Assembly (NCBI RefSeq): GCF_006345805.1
Contig: NC_043001.1
Span: 8,556,001-8,620,000, forward strand
Direction of reading: 5' to 3'
DNA: 64,000 nucleotides
DNA from: Octopus sinensis
Taxonomy: Eukaryota
Position 1 is the first letter of the stretch. Each line of letters begins with the position of its first letter. The notes beneath the pieces were generated by a model. That model was not told the DNA's origin. It did not search any database and saw only the letters and a list, made by a program, of their open reading frames with translations. A program made the position numbers and the translations under genes. Positions 55,610-64,000 of the stretch are shown here, piece after piece.

Positions 55610-56029
55610 GTTTACAGCTACTTAAAAATGGCTGTTCCGTAAGAACAGACGTTACTACTATTTTTAATTTCAGGAGAATTCCTCATTCTGCTGGTTATTC
55701 TATGCAATCTGCAAGCTGGAACGTAGAGCCCTCCTTCCTTCCAGTCACGAGACCTTATTACAAGATTAATGATGGTGTGTCACTGGATCTCTATATATTG
55801 CCAGCGGCAGTGAACTACTGCTCTCTGTAGCGGATGACTATCCACCACTGTGGTGATCACAAAGAGGTTGAAACTGTATAGCCTGGAGGTCTTGTGGCTC
55901 GAAGAGGCCACAGGTTCACTCCTCTGCTTAGAGTATATATGGTGTGCGGATTGTATCGAATATCCAACTGATTAAATATAGCAGTACCGTCGGTTGAAAC
56001 GGAACAGCCATGTTTAAGTAGCGATAAAC
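55610..56029. mobile_element. MITE-like element with ~31-bp TIRs
   Basis: GTTTACAGCTACTTAAAAATGGCTGTTCCGT (55610-55640) versus the revcomp of 55999-56029: 3 mismatches. No clear TSD. Confidence 0.6.
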
Positions 56030-58812
56030 ATTAATTCTATCTAATTGGTATTTTGTATATATTTCCTTTTCCATCACGTTTATGCTTATTAGCGTAAAAT
56101 TAATCAACTTTTAAAATGTGAAGGAGATCATACTACATTAGATAAATATAAATAACTTTAAAAGTAAACTACATTTCTAATACTATAACTTCCATTTGAT
56201 ATACTTTTAAGATATACTTAAACAACAAAAATTATGAAGCATTTACCAAGAACCGCAATCCACCCATCAATTAAATCTTACAATTTTAATGATAGAGTGT
56301 CAACCTTACAAATTAACTCCCCTATCTTCAAACAACATGCATCCCTTGATGTTGATTTTACAGGTAGACGATACAAACTTGAAGGAGGGAATTGTATCAA
56401 TGATTATAATTATTAATGAGGTTTTGGTGTCAACAGTCAACCCTTAATTCTCTTATAACTAGTAAAAGAAACATAACTTACACGACCCTTTTTTTCTTGT
56501 ATCTCCTAGGTAGGTGTTATGACGGAAGTTTAATTTATGCTTCAAAATGAAATTTTTCCTAATAATGAATTTTAAATATGTGAAATACTAATGAAATTAA
56601 TAAGTTATGGAAGAAGGAAAGTTAATTTCAACGGGTGGAGAAGTATACTGGTTTTCTGTGGATTTTGTTTATAATTTAACCATAAGAAATGTCAGTACAG
56701 AAATATATGTAAGAGAAGAAAAAGAAAGATCAAATAAAAGAAGCATTGGACGAGGATGACAGTAGCTACATCGTTTTGAATTATGCTGTTACCTTTATTC
56801 AGAAAGCTCTTGTTTGAGATATGGTTTGGGGTAGATATTTGCATTCGATATAACTTTGCATCTGCAACCTACCTCGTGTTAACTGTTAAATATTTATGGA
56901 AAGTGAAGGTATGTTTGATATTTGTAATAACTGGATATGAAGGCTGCTGCGAGAACATTCAGTGTCATGACATTATTGAAGGATATTTTAATGTATATTT
57001 AATTAGTGAATGTCTCAACTCAGGTGACGCTTGTTTGTAGCAATTTAAGAAGCCAAAGGTGCTATCATCTGATCGGGGATGTGCATTGTTAGAGATATGA
57101 TACTGAATGTTTTAATATAGCGTATGAAAGTGGGGAATGCAGAAATGACCTACAGGTTACTAACAGACTTGGTAAAATGGGAACGAGAGAGAAAACTGGC
57201 GACATACAGTATGACAGAAGAGTCTGACAATAAATTTCCGACCAAGTAAATGGCAGCAATTATAGATCATAGCTTGGCTAATTGCATACAAGCATCAAAA
57301 GCTTTACTGATGTTCGCCACTGTTCTCAAGAGAGAATAACCTCTAAGGCAGGAAAGTAGATAAGGATTTATAGCAATCTTTTCTAGTTTTCTCTTACAAA
57401 GAAAGGAGTTGAAAGACGTAGTTGTATGTTTTCATTTATGACTGTTGCCATCATTAAACTTTTGGTACCGTAATACACAGTTAATATGGTATGTATGAGT
57501 GTCTATGTGTATGCCTGTGTTCCAATTCCTAATAGGCGTATCATTACATACTTACCGATTTTAAGCAATTTCAATAACGTTTAATTCGTAAATGCTTACG
57601 CATAGCACGTATAGTAAACAAAGTTACACACTCCAAACTCTCAGAAGGATTCAATGTAACGTTGTATAAAATCGTGTAATTATACACTTTAAGAGAACAA
57701 AGATTCCTTGAATAAATTACAAGTTTATTGATTGATTGACCGACTTATAAATTTGAGTATGATGTTGCTCTGATATCCTCCAAGTCTAACAGAGACTTAA
57801 GTGCTACATTGAAATGCAACCTTATAATTGAGCCAGACTTAGAAGCGATTGAGAATAACGTTTGTTGAAAGAAATGTGTCATGGAAACGCTAGGTTACCA
57901 ATCACCACAATTCACATGCACAACATGTGTCAAAGATAACTTGAAATATCTGTAGAGAGTATATAACTGCGATGATAAGCACATACATTATCACCTCAAT
58001 ACATTCCTGTAAATTATAATACTTTATTAGTCATAGTTAATTGGATTAAATGTTAATTGGAGTAAATGTAAAAGTCAAGATTGCACTTTTGTTTCACCCA
58101 ATTTTAATACTCTCAAAATATTCATAGCTCTACCAAACAAGTCTGCAATTTTACAATAAAAGGCAAATCAGATGGGAAAATCCATGGTGAATGATAATGG
58201 CGTTTTATTTATTCGTGGCATGAAACGAATAACGGTATCCGTTTTTACGAAGATCCCATTGGTAATCAATAAGGTTCGAGAAAATAATTTATGTGACGTA
58301 ATGGCGACAGCAATGATCAATGTTACACCGAAATCTTTGATTGATGGTGGATCAATACTAGACACTAGACTTCTCTCAATATCTAATCGATTGTATATAC
58401 GAACTTATGACCGCACACTGATCAATTCACTGTGCAAACATTTGAATAGTGACTGATTTTCTCAGAGTGTTGAGGAAATATTCAATACAATTTGAATTCG
58501 TGTGAAGTATTTTTCCTTTAGATATCCCCATACCAACATTAGGCTATATAACAAAATACTGGTTGAAATATAGCGTACTACATGTTGTCATAGTTAAAAT
58601 AGATATATACTGGCTGCAATATTGTACACGTACGAAATCTTTCAACTAGAAGGGTTATAAGTATATCATATAAATGAACTGCAATAGTGGGTTTCATATG
58701 GTATTACATTCCTCAGACACAAGGTGACTAACACTGTTTTAATTCCTGGCCTTGCTTGCTCAATAATCGGTATGCTGTTTCATGTGAAACTTGATTTATT
58801 AAAATATATTGG

Positions 58813-58858
<46 letters not shown>

Positions 58859-59034
58859 GTGTGTGTGTGTGGTGTGTGTGTGTGTGTGTGTGGTGTGTGT
58901 GGTGTGTGTGTTTGTGTGTGTGCATGCGCACGTGAATCGTTAGTGTGTATATATATCTATATATGTATATGTCTATATATGTGTGCGTACACACACACAC
59001 ACACATATATATATATATTTTTTTTTTTTTCCTT

Positions 59035-59215
59035 TGACTCTTTTACTTGTGTCAGTCATTTGACTGGGCCCATGCAGGAGAACCCACTTTAGTCGAATGA
59101 ATCCACCTCAGTACTTATTATTTGTATGCCTAGTACTTATTCTATAGTTTTCTTTTGCTGAACCGCTATGTTACGGGGACTTAAACAAAGTAATATCGGT
59201 TGTCAAGCGACGGCG
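59035..59215 (-). mobile_element. SINE family C tail, degenerate
   Basis: CTCTTTTACTTGTGTCAGTCATTTGACTG...AGTACTTATTCTAT...GAACCGCTA.GTTACGGGGAC. Confidence 0.7.
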
Positions 59216-60145
59216 GAGTATACAATTTTGGTTTCTGTGCTGAAAGTCACTTAAAGCTCATCAGATATGTTAAATATATATTTACCATTCCGTGCAAATC
59301 TGCTCAGCTTGAAGCCCTGCTACAACATAAAGTACACCAGGATTGACTGCCGTCAAAGATTCACACCCGGTATGTTATTTGGGCATTAAGTAAGGATCCA
59401 TCATTTCACGTGAATATTTCTCTTTCGTTCTTCTCGCTTACGTGACTTACCTGCACCCGCAATTTTTTTTTGTCTAATAGGTATACTGTAGCTCTTTACG
59501 TTCCTGTATTGAAAAATATAGCCTTAACACTGAAATCTTATATCGTAGTTGTTCTTGCATTAAAGACCGCATAATGTAACTACGCTGGTCTCATTTTGTA
59601 GACATCTAGGAATATAGCCATAAATGACCGTTTTATGCTATGCATACTGCTTCTCTTCTGAAAAAGACTTGCATTAGAATTGTGAAATATCTTTGAGAGT
59701 CATTCAAATGAAATTCTCTGAGAGAGAATCTGCGTTCCAAACAAGACGTCGTGTATGTAGACCTCGTCCTCATCATGTGTTGCACATATAGCGGTTAATC
59801 TGTCTTAATTACGGGTTATGGTGTATATTTTTCCACTATTGAATATTAGCTGCAAAGACAATTTACTACGTACAACTTAAGTAATTTTTTCTACGTATGT
59901 ATATAAATCAATAATACAACACTGGCCTGTATTTCGAAATTTATTTCATTTGAATTTCCCAAACGTATATTTGTATATAGGTTCAATGACTCTATCGTAC
60001 TTCACCATCATTGAAAGTTTTCTGAATTGCAAATGAGTCTCCTTATGTATGAAATTCTCTCATTCTCACAACGGTATGTATATAAATATACATACATACA
60101 TGCATATACACATATATATATATATATATATATATAAATACATAT

Positions 60146-60234
<89 letters not shown>

Positions 60235-60955
60235 CACACGCATACACCTACGCATACATGCATACACATATATACACACATATTTGTTGATTGAATACAA
60301 TATCCCTCCTGTGAGGAGAGAAAATCTCATCAGTCTCTCCTTTGATACGACTGCTAATGTTGAGCTGCCGAAGTAATTCCATTTTACCTCCATTTTTTTC
60401 CGTCAACTCTTTTCATCTTTATGGCTTCTCATTTGTATAAACGGATGTGTTGTTTGTATATATGTAAAGCATAATATATTTGGAGTAAGTTCTAAAAGAA
60501 CTATTCACGATGCAATGAATTAATAAAGCCATATATTTATGAATATGCACAGACAATCTGTTATACTTACTCTTCATAACGAATTGTCTATGTAGTTGAT
60601 ATTTCGTTCTGAAAAGCCACCGCTTAGTTTCTATTGCAAAGAAGATTTAGACTCAGGTTTTGTATGGAAGACGCGTGGGATCCACATAGAGAAGTGTGAA
60701 CCTAAACAGGAATGAGAAAATATATATAATTACAAGATATTTAGACGATGGTCTTAGATAGTTTTCCACCCAGAAATATATTTTTTTTAATTACCAACAC
60801 CTCATGTATAAGAAAGATAACGTATGAAATACATATTCTCAATAAAATCTGCCGTATGAATTCGGCATCAATGTGATGCTAAAACTTTACAAAGATCACC
60901 TTTAGTGGATATGGTAAGGAGGAACAAGTCTACATATATCGTTTTCGACGTTGCA

Positions 60956-61012
<57 letters not shown>

Positions 61013-61764
61013 ATATATATAATATATATATATGCATACAATTTATTAGCGAATATCAGAGTAATAAATTATTAATTCATATCCGTAAGGCATGTCTGTA
61101 GATTAATTTAGCCTGCAAAACTAATTTCTATTTCTGTAAACATATACATGCATGTTTTGAATCTGAGAACTATCTATGGAAAATATTAAAAACCAAAATA
61201 CTTCTCTAATCTTCTGTAATCACGGAATTTTAACAGGTTCTCAATGACCACGGAAAACGTACGCTGCAGACAAAATATTTCCTAGTTATGTCTGCTATAT
61301 TTTGTCCACACATAGAAGAGCTTAATATGCAAATATGTTATAGAAGCACTGTTGTTCAAAATATATATGTCCTTTAGTTTCCCAAAAGGTCTTTTGTCAC
61401 GACAAGGCATGTTTAATTTCAAACAGAGAAAAGGAAAACACTACAGGATGAATGAAGTTTGAAAATGTTTATCGTTAAAGGATTATGTCCAAATGTAGAA
61501 GATGTGCTTATAAGATATAATTATTTTCACGAAAATATGCTCAGAAAGCGCATTGAAATGAAGCAAAATTCCATTTGCGCCGCAATGCTAAACCTGTGGC
61601 GATATTCACGGTGCCAATGAGTCATTTATGTGAATAATTTGTTTATGTTTATCCTCAATGAACTGATATATTGATTTGAATCATGGAGATGATATTACAC
61701 CTGCATTATATTTTAACAGTATCTGCTGATATATATCATCTGTCGGACACCAAGTCTTTTATAT

Positions 61765-61905
61765 TTATTAACGAATCCACAACTAATTTTATAAAATTTG
61801 GTGAAAATATACTCGAAGACGGATTATGCAACATTGTGTGACATATATGCGTCAATAGTTTGGAGTGTTTGTATGCGTCTATATGGATGTCTGTATTTAA
61901 ATCGC
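61765..61905 (+). repeat. ~140-bp direct repeat of 63045-63187
   Basis: ACGAATCCACAACTAATTTTATAAAATTTGGTGAAAATATACT.GAAGACGGATTATGCAA is shared. Confidence 0.85.
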
Positions 61906-62353
61906 AGAAAGGAAAATAAGAAAGTGACACAGTGCTTAACACTAAATCACGTGATAGCTGCCATCAGGAATCTGTTGGTGCTTGAGTCTTAAAATAATTA
62001 TTTCCCCTTTTGCTGATCTGATTATTTATTTATATATATACATAAAACAAGAATAACTGTGCAACCACTACATAAGCAAGGAATACTATTTAGGATTTTC
62101 TCGTGTAAATAAATATTTGTAATTAACTTTAATAAGATGCTTAACTGTCCAATAAACAAGATAATAATGTATATAATTCTAAGTCATAAGTGATCGACAT
62201 TCCAACACCTCCATCAAAATATTTGTTATTTGCTATGCATTTGAATCGATAATGCGGATGATTTGTTAGTAATTCGCAGACAATTGATGTATGTATATAT
62301 ATATATATATACATACTACTACTACTACTACCACTACTAACATTTATATAGGA

Positions 62354-62738
62354 CTAGCAGTATCGCCCGGCGTTGCTCAGGTTTGTAAGGGAAATAACTA
62401 TAAAGCATTTTTAGAGAGTTGTAGCCAAAAAATCGCAACAAAATGGAAGAAGATGATGGTAATTTTTTTTTTAGAGTAAAAATAGGTGGAGTTGCGTCCC
62501 CTAGACAGTTTGAGGTTTGTGTTTCTGATTCTCGACCCCATGTCGAATTTATTGATTTTTTTGAGAACTGGGGGAAACTTTTCAAAATTTTCGCTGCGTT
62601 AGTTTTGAATTATGACATTGGGCTATGTGTGTGTCAAGTTTCATCAGAATCTGTTGAAAGCCGTGGTCAGGGTGAGGGTACAAGCAAACAGACACACAGA
62701 AACACGCACAGACAAACTGCCGTTTATATATAGAGAGA
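62354..62738 (-). mobile_element. Non-autonomous Helitron (385 bp)
   Basis: The minus strand begins TC and ends CTAG, inserted between A and T. It has a GC-rich subterminal palindrome (GCAACGCCGGGCGATACTGC) and a GTCT/GTGT-rich 5' region. Confidence 0.82.
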
Positions 62739-62817
62739 TAACATTTTGTTTTCAGAAAGAAAAAAATTATCACAAGTGGCAGCATATCAAAATAGGTTTA
62801 AAGTTTGAAATTATAAG

Positions 62818-63233
62818 CAACTTATAAACAAGGGCAAAAAAAAAATTATTTCCATGCCAATATGCTGAGAACAGACTTTAAATAATCAATTTCCATATTT
62901 CATTTTACAATCACTGTGAATACACGTCCTGCTGAAATCGAGTATTTCAGCACGACGTGTATTCACAGTGATTGTAAAATGAAATGTGGAAATTGACGAT
63001 TTAAAGTCTGTTCTCACCATATTGGCATGGAAATAATTCAAATATTTAGTTACGAATCCACAACTAATTTTATAAAATTTGGTGAAAATATACTTGAAGA
63101 CGGATTATGCAATTTCGTGTGTCACATATGCGTCAAGAATTTTGGAGTGTTCGTATACGTCTAGATGGATGTCTGTATTTAAATCACATATTGGCATTGA
63201 AATAATTTCTCTAATGCCCCTGTTTATAAGTTG
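62818..63233. mobile_element. MITE-like element with ~45-bp imperfect TIRs and internal 95-bp-arm hairpin
   Basis: CAACTTATAAACAAGGGCA...ATTATTTCCATGCCAATATG versus CATATTGGCATTGAAATAATT...TGCCCCTGTTTATAAGTTG. Internal hairpin at 62843-63037. Confidence 0.65.
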
Positions 63234-63254
63234 TATATATATAAATATATATAT

Positions 63255-63389
63255 AAATGAAAGAATGGAGTCGAACGACGATTTAACAAAATTCCTTTAT
63301 TCTCGACATATGTTTCGAAGACTGCATATTCTACCCAGGTATCGGTTGACCGAATTATCCATACTAGGATAATTCATTCAACTACTTAA

Positions 63390-63395
<6 letters not shown>
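63255..63395. mobile_element. Repeat shared with 50190-50385 in rearranged orientation (PLE-like terminus)
   Basis: 63340-63395 is the revcomp of 50190-50250, while 63255-63300 is direct to 50340-50385. The minus strand has GAAACATATGTC. Confidence 0.6.
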
Positions 63396-63479
<84 letters not shown>

Positions 63480-64000
63480 GCTAGCCTTCTGGTTTCAGTA
63501 AAAATATTGAACTAAACATTAATTTCTTATATTACTTGAACCCTCTACCTAACAATTTGGCCTCTCCATATTTTCTCTTTTCAGTATTCCGATAACTCTG
63601 TGCTATCACTATGAAACACCGCTTAGCACATCATTCCTGTCAGATGTTACAAGAAACATCATGAAGATTTAGTTGGCGGCTGATGACGGTTCGTAATTTA
63701 TTTTTGTCATGATTTACCTCTTCTGTAAAATATTTGTCATTAATTGTCTTTTCTTTTGTTTCTCATCTTTCTGTCTTAAATTCTGTCGCAGACATTTCTA
63801 TCGTCTCTGTTTTCGCTAATTTATCACCACTTATTTAGTAATGTTTTCATTGGCTTGTTTTCTTTCATCTTGTGCACTTTTCCTAGCGAGTGTTTTAAGC
63901 CGAGACACAGACACATACTCGGTGACTGTCGAGTCGTGACCATCGCTAAAAATTATCTAATCCTAGGTTATAAGACAATGGCAGTTCGTGATAAATTTAA

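Noticed and set aside
58168-58456. Overlapping 94-aa and 65-aa ORFs in non-repetitive sequence
   Set aside because: No domain similarity recognised and no convincing splice context. The lengths are within chance range.
59308-59369. Possible micro-exon LKPCYNIKYTRIDCRQRFTP bounded by CAG and GTATGT
   Set aside because: Weak polypyrimidine tract, no partner exons and no recognisable protein. It would need RNA-seq.

Overview
AT-rich, microsatellite-dense eukaryotic non-coding DNA. The tRNA-headed SINE families, RTE/CR1/Penelope remnants and many (TA)n, (GATA)n and (CA)n tracts fit an octopus (coleoid cephalopod) genome; this is inferred from repeat content, not from a database hit. I find no intact host gene, rRNA, true tRNA or CRISPR array. 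Most track ORFs are microsatellite read-throughs. Recognisable coding remnants are all transposon-derived: Tx1/L1-clade ORF2 C-termini, Penelope-like RT + GIY-YIG, CR1, RTE and a rosa-type mariner C-terminus. The four most notable signals are: (1) three 5'-truncated copies of one Tx1-like LINE, each embedded on both sides in (GATA)n in the same orientation, suggesting microsatellite target specificity; (2) a Nin/Deu-core-like SINE whose last ~50 nt match that LINE's 3' end, a candidate LINE-SINE partnership; (3) many foldback palindromes anchored on (TA)n tracts, some 100% identical; (4) hammerhead-ribozyme-like motifs at Penelope-like termini. All coordinates and alignments were read by eye, so boundaries of degenerate elements are approximate.
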